A stretch of 64,000 nt of DNA from Macrostomum lignano (lineage: Eukaryota), in the NCBI GenBank assembly GCA_002269645.1, contig NIVC01000620.1, positions 1 to 64,000 on the forward strand, given 5' to 3'. Below the pieces are notes generated by a model. It searched no databases. It was given only the letters and a program-made list of their open reading frames with translations, and was not told where the DNA came from. The stretch's first letter is position 1. Each line of letters starts with the position of its first letter. The position numbers were made by a program, and so were the translations under genes. Of the stretch, positions 1 to 12,330 are shown piece by piece.

Positions 1-640
1 ATCGCGCATTGTTGACGCAGTATTGATCTCAGCCGATAATGAGCTTTTTGGCCAATCCTCACTATCACTCGATAACAGTTCTTCAATCGTCGATATTCAA
101 TGGGATAGTCGTCGACAACTGCTATTTGTAGCTCAGAGAATTTAGTAACTGCTACAGACCTATGCGGCAGTCGCGCTTTGACAGTGACTACCCTAAAATT
201 TGCTGTTTAACTGGGAACTCGGACAAGCTGTTTGTGGCGGTAAAATCCGCATCGGTGTTCGCCATTTTCCAAGACTCTGGAGAAGAGCAAAGTCAGCTGC
301 AGCTTTGATTTCCTGGATAATTTGACCCAGTCATCGCTAATTAATGTTCACGATTTTATGCTGACGGTCTATCATGACTCCAAGCTTTATAAGGTGTGCA
401 TCATTACGGAGATGCTGATCGAGGAACAGCCCGAAGACCGGCACTGTGCATATGGCTGTGAACACGTCTAATTTGAGGGAAAACGATTCCGCAATACTTT
501 CTTTGGCATCGTTTGGCGAATTCCGTGGGGATTGCGGATTCAATTTTTGGCGAGGCTCCGCTTGTCCAACATCTCCAAGCTGCTGACTGGAGACCTCAAT
601 GAAGAACTTGCGGCTTGTGCTGGCAGAGAGTAGCAAGCAT
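1..640 (+). pseudogene. 3' fragment of the Zn-finger/coiled-coil/beta-propeller-like gene family (paralog of 5410, 50246 and 63349 copies)
   Basis: Hand translation gives IVDIQWDSRRQLLFVAQ, VTATDLCG, ICCLTGNSDKLFV and VHDFMLTVYHDSKLYKVCIITEMLI in shifting frames with stops. These match IRDLHCDNQRQLLFISQ..VTVTDLSG..WCIAGNCDKLF..VRDQMLFLSD..FTICIITKKLI of ORF 48258..50246. The 5' part lies outside the window; the right end is approximate. Confidence 0.7.
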
Positions 641-1676
641 CGGAAAGTGTTCTTTAGTTCGGGTGGCGCCCGTGGTCCGCAATGCTACACTCTTCGAGTG
701 AAGTGAAGTTTTTTCCTGTACAAGCAGTGAAAAGTTTACTTCTTTATTTCGATAAATCTCGAAAAATCGAATAAACAAAATTTTTAACAAACTTTCAGAA
801 CTGCTCAAATTCCATTTTTTCTACCAATGCTTCTGGCTGATCAAATTCAATTTATCCTGCTCCCTGCTGCCATTAAAGACAATTTAACAACTCCCCACGT
901 AGATGCTGTTTTTATTCTCATTTAACGCTCTTCTAAACTGATAGATCCGTTTTAGATAAGAATAAATTTTTATAATCAATTTCTATGACATGTACTCGTA
1001 TTTTATGTACTTTAAATGCAAGACGCCTCATCTGAAGACATCTTGATTATTCCCTATTAAAACTTTCTATTTTACGAAGCGTATGATCTAAATTTATAAC
1101 TAGAGTTATTAAAACATTATTTCAGTTTAATGGTTTACTTTTGAGCCTCGTTTCAAACAGTTTTAAATAAAATCTCGTTTCTTAGAAAACTGCGTTTACT
1201 GTCTACGGATTCTTTGGGTGTTCTTGTTGGTATAGACTGTTAACTCTCGCCTCAGAACTTGCTTGCAGCTCAAATTTCTTCAGATGCAGTGTCTTCCACT
1301 TAACTGTGAAAGAGGCTGTACATTCATAGGGGCTACTTGGAGAGCATTCATGAGCACAGGATAGAGTTGCGGTTGAGATGTACTTCTAAGTACAAACATA
1401 GTCATGGCAGCACTCTGTTCTGAGCTCAGTTTTATTGTACTGCAGTTGGAAAATTCATCCCTTCATTGCGTACAGTAGTGTAGTTCAGAGTACGCGAATA
1501 TAAGTGATCTGTCTCGGAGCCAGCTCCAGGTACAATAGGTCTAGCTCTGTTCTCACATAGAGCCTCTCTTAGTCCAAGCTGTGCTCTGTATCTCTCTAAC
1601 AAACACACATGGCTACCAGTAATCGAGCTTGCCAATGACAGAGCTGCGATGCAGACACTGGCTCACCTGATCTGCC

Positions 1677-2163
1677 GTGCCATTCGGCGAGGTAAGGCGT
1701 CTGGCAACGCATCAGCTGGCGACGGCAACTGATGCTGCTCACCAGACCGTCCTCATGCTGGTGGCCGATGCTCCTGATACGTCCGTAATGACTGAGAAGT
1801 GCATCATGTACTTATTTGAGCTGGGTGCAGATCCTCTTGCTTCTGACGATGCGGGCGACACGGCTGCTCACCTGACTTCCAGGAGGGACCACCTGCGCTG
1901 CTGACGCTGCTGCCGTTCAATGCGAAGTGGCTGCCGAACCACTCCGGCGCGACTCCGCTGATGGGGCGGCGCGGACTGGCAGCTGGAGATGCGCCAAGCA
2001 CCTGCTGCATCTGCTGCGACAGCCAATTTTTAATGAGTTCGAAAAATTTGGCAACTCAAAAAGATTGCAACTGCTCGAAATGAAGGATCGAAGGGGTCAG
2101 ACGGCTATGGACCTGGCAAGATTTAACGGCCACTCAGAGCTGGCTAGAGACATTAATCGGTGA
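1677..2163 (+). pseudogene. ankyrin-repeat protein, frame-disrupted (or assembly error)
   Basis: Two adjacent ORFs (1677..1904, 1927..2163) carry ankyrin motifs: LFELGADPLASDDAGDTAAHL and DRRGQTAMDLARFNGHSELARDI. The true start is not located. Confidence 0.65.
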
Positions 2164-2564
2164 GAAAGATTTTCTATACCATCTAGGGGTGTTTCATAGA
2201 GCACCTGTCAGAGCTATCCATGGTCCTGATCATACATGCGCAACAGTCGGCGAGTCGGCCGACCGATTTGGCGGCCAACCAAGGGAAGTCGCAAAATGCC
2301 CACCAGAATAAATTAAGTAGTACTAAGTAGATGACGAGACATTTTGCCTTAATAAGACAGTTAGAGTTACTCCTGCCGTTTACCCAAAGTTACGTTAATT
2401 TTGCTTTAGGTATTTTTTACATGTAAGTCGCACTTTTTGGCCAAAAACTGTCGCATTTTTGTTAAAACTAAGTCGCACGGCCGACTGAATTTCGGAGGTT
2501 GCGCATTTATGGTCCTGATGGAGGTCGATCAGATAACGTTGGAATTTTAATCTAACTAACGACG

Positions 2565-3165
2565 CGTCATCCTAAGCCATAGAAATCCTAAGTTAACTTA
2601 AGCTATATATATATTCTAAGTCAACCTAAGCCATAGACATCCTGAGTCATCCTAAGCCATAGACATCCTAAAAATTCATTATAATCCATAGACATCCTAA
2701 GCCATAGACATCCTAAGCCATAGACATCCTAAGCAATAGACATCCTAAAAAGTCATTTTAAGCCATAGACATCCTAAAAAAAGTCATTTTAAGCCATAGA
2801 CATCCTAAAAAAGTCATTTTAAGCCATAGACATCCTAAAAAAGTCATTTTAAGCCATAGACATCCTAAAAAGTCATTTTAAGCCATAGACATCCTAAAAA
2901 AGTCATTTTAAGCCATAGACATCCTAAAAAAGTCATTTTAAGCCATAGACATCCTAAAAAAGTCATTTTAAGCCATAGACATCCTAAAAAAGTCATGCTA
3001 AGCAATAGACATTCTAAAAAAAGTTATTCTAAGCCACAGGCACCCTAAAAAAGTCATCCTAAGCCATTGACATCCTAAAAAGGTCATCCTAAGCCATAGA
3101 CATCCTAATTCATCCTAAGCCATAGACATCCTAAGTCATCCTAAGCCATAGACAACCTAAGTTTG
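2565..3165. repeat. minisatellite with CCTAAGCCATAGACAT core; 16-bp and ~30-bp units
   Basis: Tandem taagccatagacatcctaaaaaagtcattt units with variable A-run length, flanked by shorter cctaagccatagacat units. Confidence 0.95.
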
Positions 3166-3521
3166 TAACATGTCGCTAGATTCACAAATCAGCCTAAAAA
3201 CGTAATCACGTATAGCGTTCGTAGCTTATTAACTTAATTCGTTTGTCACTATTCACAAGTAACTTCTAAAATTTACATGAATAAGACGCCTATGGTGAGC
3301 GTTCTCTAAAGTAGACGGTTCACATCCGTATGGTTGTATTAATATATTAATTTATAAAGAGAATCGCCTTTATTGAATCAAATATTTTTTTGATTGCAGT
3401 GAGATACGACTCGTACTGAAAGCTGGCTTCATCTCGGCCTAACATTTCAGGTGAGGGAAATATTAAATAGCGAATTAGCCTCAGTCCCGCTGAAAATGAG
3501 CAGTATTTCTTGCTTCTCTAA

Positions 3522-4138
3522 ATGCCATCTCAATTTAGGAAAAGTCAATCGAAAAGCTTAAAACGCTTGGCCGATGCTGGCAACTCGTTGGGCCTGCAGA
3601 AAGCGGCGACCCGCGGCAGCTGCGACCTACCAGAGAAATCCGGTGCAACTGGGTTAATGTGGGCAGCTTTCAACAGCAAATGCTGCGATGAGAATTGTGG
3701 CAGCAGTTGCTGCGGCTGTCTGATCCAACTTGCTCGAACATGTGGTCTCGCAGTTGTCTGCACTATGCGGCCCAGGGCGGCAATTCTGCCGCTGCATCCG
3801 CCCTGCTGGCTGCTGGAGCCTCCCCTAACGCCAGAGATCGCTTCGGATCTACGCCACTCATGGTCGCGGCTAGAGAGGCTCCTGCTGCTAACGCCGCTGC
3901 AGTTTGTCGGGTTCTCCTGGACGCAGGGTCAGACTGGAGTTTGCGAGATGGATGGGGCCGGACTGCTCTGGACTCGGCCAGGGAGAAGGGAAGAAGCGAA
4001 CTTGTCGAGCTGCTGCTTAGGTTCGGTCAGAAATTACTAAACACTGAAAATTCTACATGCAAACGAGATATGAATTCGTACTGGTTTTTAGCAAAAATAA
4101 AAGCAACTTTGCTAAAAAGGAATTGGGATTTTTCATGA
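3522..4138 (+). CDS. ankyrin-repeat protein with one apparent frameshift near 3660-3700; probably spliced at the 3' end
   Basis: ORF 3522 has GATGLMWAA. ORF 3695 has SCLHYAAQGG, GASPNARDRFGSTPLMVAA and GRTALDSAREKGRSELVELLL. Candidate donor near 4026; short candidate exons follow near 4185-4229 and 4295 (tttgcag acceptors, gtgagt donor). Confidence 0.7.
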
Positions 4139-5409
4139 CATCAGCAAGAAAGCTCGTGAAAACTCTATATACTTCATTTTGCAGATACGAGGGAAAGAAG
4201 TTTTTCGATGAGACGACCTCTGAGCTACCGTGAGTCAGCTGATCGAAATTTACTGTCCTTACGAGCTACACTAATTAGTTAATATTATTTTGCAGAGGGT
4301 TGTGGGCACCCTGGAGCAACAACTTTGACACCTGAGCACATATATACAAGCACTCCAATACTTGCATATACTGGCACGCACTCATACTCATACAAACGCT
4401 CACAAAAGGGTGCACAGGCGGCCCTGATTACCTGATTCTCTAATCGTCAGGGATTATACACTAATTCTGTGATTGGCCCTCATGGGGTGTGCAGTGGGGT
4501 CGATTTTTCTAGAATCGGAGAGCCAGACGCGCTACGAATACACCTACCCTTGCCCTGGTAACTATGAGCGTGCAGATGGAATCTGTTCTTCTTTTGTATT
4601 GTTGCAGACCCGAATAACAACAACTAGCTATCTCTGGAGCGATGGAATCTGACACGACAGCATCGTCATGCTCCTGAGAGTTTTAGTCAAATTTATAGAG
4701 CTTTTGGATGGTCTTACCTTCGAGAGAGTTCATTCCAGATGACAGTGCGACATCTGAAGTGGAAAAGTAAGAGGTTAAACTATAGCCCTTACTTGCGAAA
4801 CACTAATGTACTGGTTGCAATTCAGTATACGTTTCTAAAACTTCTTTTTTATAAATTTTTTATATGCAAACCCAATTATACATGTATCAATGTACCAATA
4901 TATCATACTGGGTACTGGGTAGTAAACCTCGTACTTTTAGCACCCCTAATCTCCAGTTTAAGTGCTATCATATGATTTAAAACTGTGCAAAGGTTATTTA
5001 TGTACCTTGATTTATGAGAGAATACAGCTAGCTCTCTGCACTTGCCTGCATTTTATATCCACTGAACTGTCGCAAAAGCTAAATTAAGGCGTCATGCATT
5101 AATTGGAATTTTATCGCGCCGCCCAACCCGTGCACTTTTACCATTTTTAGCCCCTGGGGTAGAATACGTTTTAAGTCAAGAAAAAAAAAGGAAACCTTTA
5201 TTGACTACATGTAGTTATAGCTGTAACTGTTTTCGAATGGTTTCGTGTGAGAAAGATTTATTTCGTAACACTTTGGTTCGTTAAATCGGTATTTTTATTG
5301 CACAGTCTCCCTAGGGCACAAAATGGCTTGAAATTTCGACAAATAAACGGGTATAAAGTAAACCGAACACAGACTAGAACAGGTTAGGTTTCAAGTTAAT
5401 GAGGGCCAA

Positions 5410-6900
5410 ATGGAGGCGCAAATATTGTGCAATGTGAGACTATGCAAGCGTCCAGTCGAGTTTGAGTCACCAATCACCTGCCTGAAGCTCTGCTCAAAGC
5501 ACATCGAGGACGATCGACTAAAAACCCAAGAGTCTGAGGCAGTTGTCATGGAAACAATATCGCGCTTTAAGAAATTTCAAGCGCCTATGAGATTGATGCA
5601 ACAACGACTGGTAGCTGACTTGCAACTGCTTGATGACACTTTCAACGAGCTGAGAGACACTTTAGACAAGTGCCAAGCTGACCTCACCGCTGCCATCACC
5701 AGGCACAATGACGATCTGGTGACGTCCCTGGGAGTTCTCCCAGGTCTTGAGGACTTTGAGCGAGACCTCGAGCAAGCAAAAGCAGCAAATGACCTGAGAC
5801 AAGTCTTTGCAATTACTGACGGCATGCAGAGGTCTCTTAACAACATTCAGCTGGACTCAAAGCTGGTCGGATTTAAAAGCGAGGGCGATGAGATAACCAT
5901 GGTACCATTTCCTGATTTGCTTTCACCTATCAAAATTTGAAAGCCTGCGCTGAAATGCAGCTAGGCATCTCCTGCCTTCTCGTTGAGAATACTGATCAGA
6001 CTCCAACTTTTGTAAAAGTCTGAGAGTGACAAAAACTGCTGAAACTGTTGAACTGGATGGGCAACTGCAGTGCGAGACAGTCTGTAGCAACACTAGCGGC
6101 TTCGGTCTCAACAGCGAGGGAATCATCATTCGAGACTGCAGCCAGAGCGCTGCTCAGCTGCCCACTGCGGCCGTCTTTGTAGCTGTTAAGCGTCACGATT
6201 CCCCACTCAGCGAATCGGATGAAGGCGATCCCGCTGGCGATTCGGAAATATTTCTAGCGTCGACAGCACCAAAACTGATTTCAGAGCCATTAAGCTGCTG
6301 CTGGAGGCCGATCAGCCGATCCGAGACCTTCACTACGACAACCGTCGACAGCTGTTGTACATCGCTCAACCTGGCGCGATTACAGTGTGTGACCTGAGTG
6401 GAGTCAAGTGGCCTCTGACATTCAAAACAACATCGTAGAGATATTTTTTCTCGCTGGTGACCGCGACAAGCTGTTTGTTCTTGTTGAAATCAGAGATGAT
6501 GAAATTCCTTTGATTTTTTGTTCTTTCCAAAGAGACAGGTCAAGTACAGAGCAAGATTACAGTTCCGGAAACTTGCAGTCAGGCGCTGAATCAATCAACT
6601 GAAATGACCGTGCGCGATCAATTTCTATTTCTATCAAATTCTGAGAAAGTCTTCACAATCTACAGCATTACTGGACTGCTGATTGGGTCATATGTCCGCT
6701 ACTCTCTTGAAATTACAGAATTCTTAACTGACTTAGGTGATATAGAGCAATGCTTTTCGGACTTTTGTAACGATTCGAGTCTGTCACTTCGACTCTCGAT
6801 GCAAATCATCGGTTATTTATCGACGGCTAGGATTATTCCGGTTCAGAAAGGCGCATTGTGTTGCAAGTTTGTGGATCTGGATGAAGACGCAGCTCTCTGT
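5410..6900 (+). pseudogene. Zn-finger (B-box-like)/coiled-coil/beta-propeller-like gene, multiply frameshifted
   Basis: N-terminal C-x4-C-x11-C-x3-C-x2-H and PMRLMQQRLVADLQLLDDTF are shared with 48258..50246. Homology continues through ORFs 6026 (TVCSNTSGF), a shifted ADQPIRDLHYDNRRQLLYIAQ, 6408 (GDRDKLF) and 6604 (MTVRDQFLFLS). The 3' end runs into the tandem array. Confidence 0.8.
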
Positions 6901-9900
6901 GTTAACCCTAACCAACCAACAATGAATCTGAGAGCTGGGCTGTTTGACGTAGAAATTTCGATTTAGTCCAGTTTCACGGAGAGGATTTCTATTTCGCGGA
7001 GAATATTTCGATGGTGTTCAGTTTCACGGAGAGGATTTCGATAGTGTTCAGTTTCACGGAGACGATTTCTGTTGCGCGAGAGGTGTTGGAAAATGGGATT
7101 CCGCTGATGGAGTTCAGGGAATGGAATTCCGCTGATTGGAGTTCTTCCCCTTTCTTCTCCGAAGGAGGAGTTGGCCTCGTTAATACTAAAGTTGGTGCGA
7201 TGTTTGTCTGTCTGTATCTTCTTAATACTAAAGTTGGTGCGATGTTTGTCTGTCTGTATGTTGCAATTTTTCTCCAAGACTACTTGCAACTCAGCGTTGA
7301 AACTTATATGGGTAAACTGCAAATTTTCTGGGTTGGGTTTATAGCTATTTTAATCTTTCATTTTCACATTTTAAGATCCCTAAAAAAGCAGAAATAATAT
7401 AACAATAGGGAATATGATCCACCTTGCGCAACTCTTAGTGATTGCGCCACAACAGCTGGCCTATCTGTGTAGTGTATTCTTTTAGCTGAAGGGGTGTAAC
7501 CGGGCCAGTTGGCATCAATTTTTAGTGATTACGCCATAACTTTCTCCTATCTCGGCAGTGTATTTTCTCTCCAATGGGGGAATGGGGGCGTTCTCAGTGG
7601 CTGCGTGTGTACAATCGGACCCTAGCTCACTGGCTGATTGTATAGACAATTGCGCAACGATATGTTTTCTGATTTTCAATAGGCAGCCCTGTGTATTTGT
7701 TGGACACTGTGTATTTGTTGGACAGTAAAATTCAAGGAATAAACTTGCGAGCCTCCCACTGCTGCAGGCAGTGAACGTACACTCGATAGTTCAATTCCTT
7801 AAAACGGGAAATTTCAAAGCCAAACTGTTCTTCGAGTTTTAAACTTGAGGAGGAGACTTATATTGCTGGAAAGAGGTTGCAACGCTGAGTTAGGGGATAT
7901 AAGTTGTTTGCTCTAAATGTGAAAATTAAAAGCACAGCATTCGAAAAGCAATTTCCATACTTTTAACTTTTTGCAAAGATCGTACTCATTTTCGAGGGTT
8001 CAATGAGGGTTTGACAGACCCCCAACAGTGGGGGGGGGTTCAATTTCTAGCTGCGCTGCGTATTCGAAGGGGTTCGGTCGCTGTGTATTGGAGGGTTGAT
8101 TTAGATTGCGCAATTTTTTGTTAACTTTAACCGAGGCTGATACTGACTGCCTGAGAAATAAGTTGCGCAATTTAATTGGTTCAATGTTTTTACGGCGCCT
8201 TTCAACACGCAGCTGTGTGTAGCTCTAACCCTAACCCTAACCATAACCAATGAATTCTGAGAGCTGGGTTCTGTTTGACGGAGAAATTTTGATTGAGTCC
8301 AGTTACACGGAGAGGATTTTCGCGGAGAGGATTTCGATGGTGTTCAGTCTCACGGAGACGATTTCTGTTTCGCGGAGAGTTCATGGAATGGGATTCCGGT
8401 GATGAGAGTTCTTCCCTTTCTTCTCCGAAGGAGGAGTTGGCCTCGTTTAATACTAAAACTGGTGCGATGTTTGTTTGTTTGTCCGTATGTTGCAACTTTT
8501 CTCCTAAACTACTGGCAAGTCAGCGTTGAAACTTATATGGGTAAACTGCAAATTTTCCGGACTGGGTTTATAGCAATTTTAATCTTTCATTTTTACATTT
8601 TAAGATCCCTAAAAAAGCAGAAAACTGATTTCCTAACCTTCTTTGGCCCTTCTGTGGCCACTCTGCCTCTCCAGTGGAGGGGTTGCAGTCTGTTTGTAAA
8701 AATAGCCACCCCAACCTCCGCCCGCGGGTCGCTGTGTTTTGGGGGGGGTGGGTGCGCGTGTTCTGCGTTAAATGCAAAACCCCCGCGTGTTGGGGGTTCA
8801 ATTAAATTTAACGATTCCCCCGGAATGGGGGGTTGGGCTTGGGCTGAGTGTACATAGCAGTTGTACAGTGTAAGGAGATAGCTAGGACTGTGTCGAGATT
8901 TAATTGGTTTTATTATCGGCGGCATTCAATAGGCAGCCATGTGTATTTGCTGGGCAGTAAAATTTAATGAATAAACTTGCGAGCCTCTTTAGCAGGCTGT
9001 GAACGTACACTCGATACTTTAATGCTTTAAATCAGGAAATTTCAAGCGCTAACTGTTCCTCGAGTTTTAAACTTTCAGAGGAGGGACTTATATTACTGGA
9101 AAGATCTTGCAATACTGAGTTCGGGGATATAAGTTGTTTGCTTTAAATGTGAAGACAAAAAGCACAGCATTTAAAAAACGATTTCCATACTTTTAACTTT
9201 CGGCAGTGTACTCATTTTGGAGTTCAATGGGGGTTCGACCAACCCCCAACAGTTGGTGGGAGGGGGGGTTCAACTTTTAATTGCCACTGCGTATTGGAAG
9301 GGGGTCAGTCGCTGTGTATTGGAGGGTTGATTTAGTTTGCGCAATCTTTTTGTTAACTTTTACCGAGACTGATACTGACTGACTGTGAAATCGGTTGCGC
9401 ATTCAATTAATTCAATTGGTTCAACACGCTGCTGCGTTGTAGCTCTAACCCTAACCCTAACCCTAACCCTAACCACTAAATCCTGAGAGTTGATTCTTTT
9501 TTACGGAGAAAATTTCGATTCAGTCCAGTTTAATGGAGAGAATTTCTGTTTCGCGGAGACGATTTTGATGGATGTCAGTTTCACGGAGAGGATTTCCATG
9601 GAGTCCAGTTTCACGGAGAGGATTTCTATTTCTCGGAGGGGATTTTGATGAATGTCAGTTTCACGGAGAGGTGTTTGATGGAGTTCTCTTTTACGGAGAG
9701 GATTTAGATGATGTTCAGTTTCGCGGAGAGGAGTTGGATGATGGGTTTCATGGAATGGCATTTCAGGGAATGGAGTTCCGGTGATGGGAATTCTTCCCCT
9801 TTCTCCTCCAGAGGAGGAGTTGGTCTCGTCCTTATACTAAAACTGACGCGATGTTTGTCTGTATGTTGTAAGTGAACTCCTACAATTCTGGCAAGTCAGC

Positions 9901-12330
9901 GTCGAAACTTATATGGGAAAACTGCAAATTTTCCGGAGCAGGCTTTAGGCTATTTTAATTTTTAATTTTCACATTTTAACATCCCTAAAAAAGCAGAAAA
10001 CTGCTTTTTTAACCCCCAATAACCTTCTTTGGTCACTCTGCCTGGGGCTTCAGCCAGTTTGTAAAAATAGCCACCCCAACCTCCGCCCGCGGGCCGCTGT
10101 GTATTGAGGGGTGGTGGGTGCGCGTGTTCTGGGTTCAATGAAAATAAACCCCCCCCGCGTGTTGGGGGGTTGAGTTAAATTTAATGCTTCCCCCAGAACG
10201 GGGGTTGGGCTTGGGCTGAGTGTACATAGCAGTTGTACAGTGTAAATAGATAGACTGTGTCGAGATTCATTTGGTTTTATTATTGGCGCCTTTTTTCTCC
10301 ATAGGCAGCCCTGTGTATTAGTTTGGCAGTGAAATTCAATGAATAAACTTGCGAGCTTCTCTAGCAAGCAGTCGGGAAATCAGTAAATTTCAAACGCTAA
10401 CTGTTCCTCGAGTTTTAAACTTTGAGAGGAGAGACTTATATTGCTGGAAAGATCTTGCAACGCTGAGTTCGGGGATATAAGTTGTATGCTTTAAATATGA
10501 AAAGAAAAAGCACAGCATTAAAAAAAACCATTTCCATACTTTTAACTTTCTGCAAAAATTTTACTCAGTTTTGCGAGACGTAATAGATAAAGTTGGGCGT
10601 ATTGGAAGGGGATCTGCCGCTGCGTATTGGAGGGTTGATTTAGATTGCGCAACCGTTTATTTAACTTTAAATAAGACTGATACTGTCTGACTGAGAAATG
10701 GTTTGCGCAATTAATTGATTCAATTAATTCAACACGCAGCTCTGTGCAGCTCTAACCCTAACCCTAACCAATGAATTCTGGGAGTTAAGTTCTTTTTGAC
10801 AGAGAAAATTTCGATTGAGTCCAGTTTCACGGAGTATTCTGATGGTTTTCGGTTTCACGGAGAGGATTTCTTTTTCGTGGAGAGAATCTAGATGTATTTC
10901 TGTTTTACGGAGACGATTTTGATGGATGTCAGTTTCACTCAGAGGATTTCCATGGAGCCCAGTTTCAGGGAGAGGATTTCTGTTTCGCGGATTGGATTTC
11001 GAAAGGAGTCCAGTTTCACGGAGAGGATTTCTGTTTCGCGGAGAGGATTTCTGTTTCGCGGAGAGGATTTCTGTTTCGCGGAGAGGATTTCTGTTTCGCG
11101 GAGAGGATTTCTGTTTCACGGAGGGATTTTGATGGATTTGGTATCTTCAGTCAGTCAGAGAAGAGAGTAAAGAGAAGAATCAAAAGAGAAGAGAGATGAG
11201 ATGAGATGATAGAAAACAGAGTAGAAATGAGACGAGAGATTAGACATGACGGATGGGAGAGAAGAGGGAGTAAGGCGTGAACGAAGGAGAGAGAAGAGAA
11301 GAGGAGAGAGAAGATGAGAGGGGAGATATGAGATAGCAAAGGGATACAAGAGAGATAATATGAGAGAGAATAGATGAGGGATAAGAGCGTACAGAGGAAA
11401 TATAGGAGAGGGGAGAGTAGAGGAGAAAGAAAGAGTGAGATGAGGGGATGAGGGATGAGAGAGGAGGGAAGACAGGAGAGAGAAGAGAGGAGAAAAGAGG
11501 GGAGAAAGGAGACAGGAGAGAGTAGAGACGAAAGACCAGGGAGAAGATATAAATAAGGTAGTAGAGATGAGAGGAGAGAGAGGAGAGAGAAGCGAAAGGA
11601 GAAGAGAGAGAGGAGAGAGATGAAAGATGAAAGATCAGAGATGAGAGAGTTAAGAGAGGAAAGTAGTGAGGAGAGGAGAGATGAGAGATGCGATGAGAAG
11701 AGATGCGTGAGAACATAAGAGAGAAGAGATTAGAAATTAGAGAAGAGAGGGGAGAAGATGAAAGGAGAAAGGAGAGGAGAAAAGAGAGAAGAGAAGAGAC
11801 AGGGGATAGTGGAAAGGAGGAAAGAAAGATGGGAGACAAGAAAGTAGAGTGTGAGAGCGTATATGAGATATGAGAAATGAGAGCACAGAGGAGAGAGAGG
11901 GTAAAGAGAGACGATAGATAAGTGAGTAGAGATGACATATGAGAGAGGAGAGAAGAGGGAGAGATAAGAGAGAAGAGAGGAGACAGGAGACAGAAGTGAA
12001 GAGGAGAGATATGAGAGAAGAGATGAGACAAGAGACAGGAGAGGGTACAAACGAAAGACGAGGGAGAAGAGATAAATAAGGGAGTAGGGGTAGAGATGAG
12101 ATGAGAGAGAGGAGAGAGAAGAGAGTCACGATAATAGCGAATAGAAGAGAGAGGAGATATGAGAGACGTGAGAGTCTTTGAGCTATGGTCTTTCAAAGAT
12201 TTTGTAAAGAATTTGGAGACGATTTGGAAGATGGGATTCAAGTGAAGTTTCAGCTGATGGATTTCAGGGAATGGAATTCCGGTGATGGGAGTTCTTCCCC
12301 TTTCTCCTCCGGAGGAGGACTTCCACTCGT
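6880..12330. repeat. tandem array of ~1.2-1.3-kb diverged units, each opening with (CCCTAA)n
   Basis: Units restart at about 6880, 8200, 9420 and 10730 with cagct..taaccctaacc, then agtttcacggagaggatttc sub-repeats and a taatactaaa..gtttgtctgtctgtatg block. The fourth unit is split by a purine tract and resumes near 12230. Confidence 0.9.
11150..12175. repeat. cryptically simple purine-rich (GA/GAGAG/GAA) tract
   Basis: About 1 kb almost entirely A and G on the + strand. The S/L-rich minus-strand ORFs are a by-product. Confidence 0.95.

Noticed and set aside
1230-1640. Degenerate coding-like sequence on the minus strand
   Set aside because: Interrupted by stops with no recognisable motif; cannot be assigned without a database search.
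8221-10770. True telomere or chromosome end
   Set aside because: CCCTAA runs are only 2-5 units, embedded in larger repeats, with genes on both sides.
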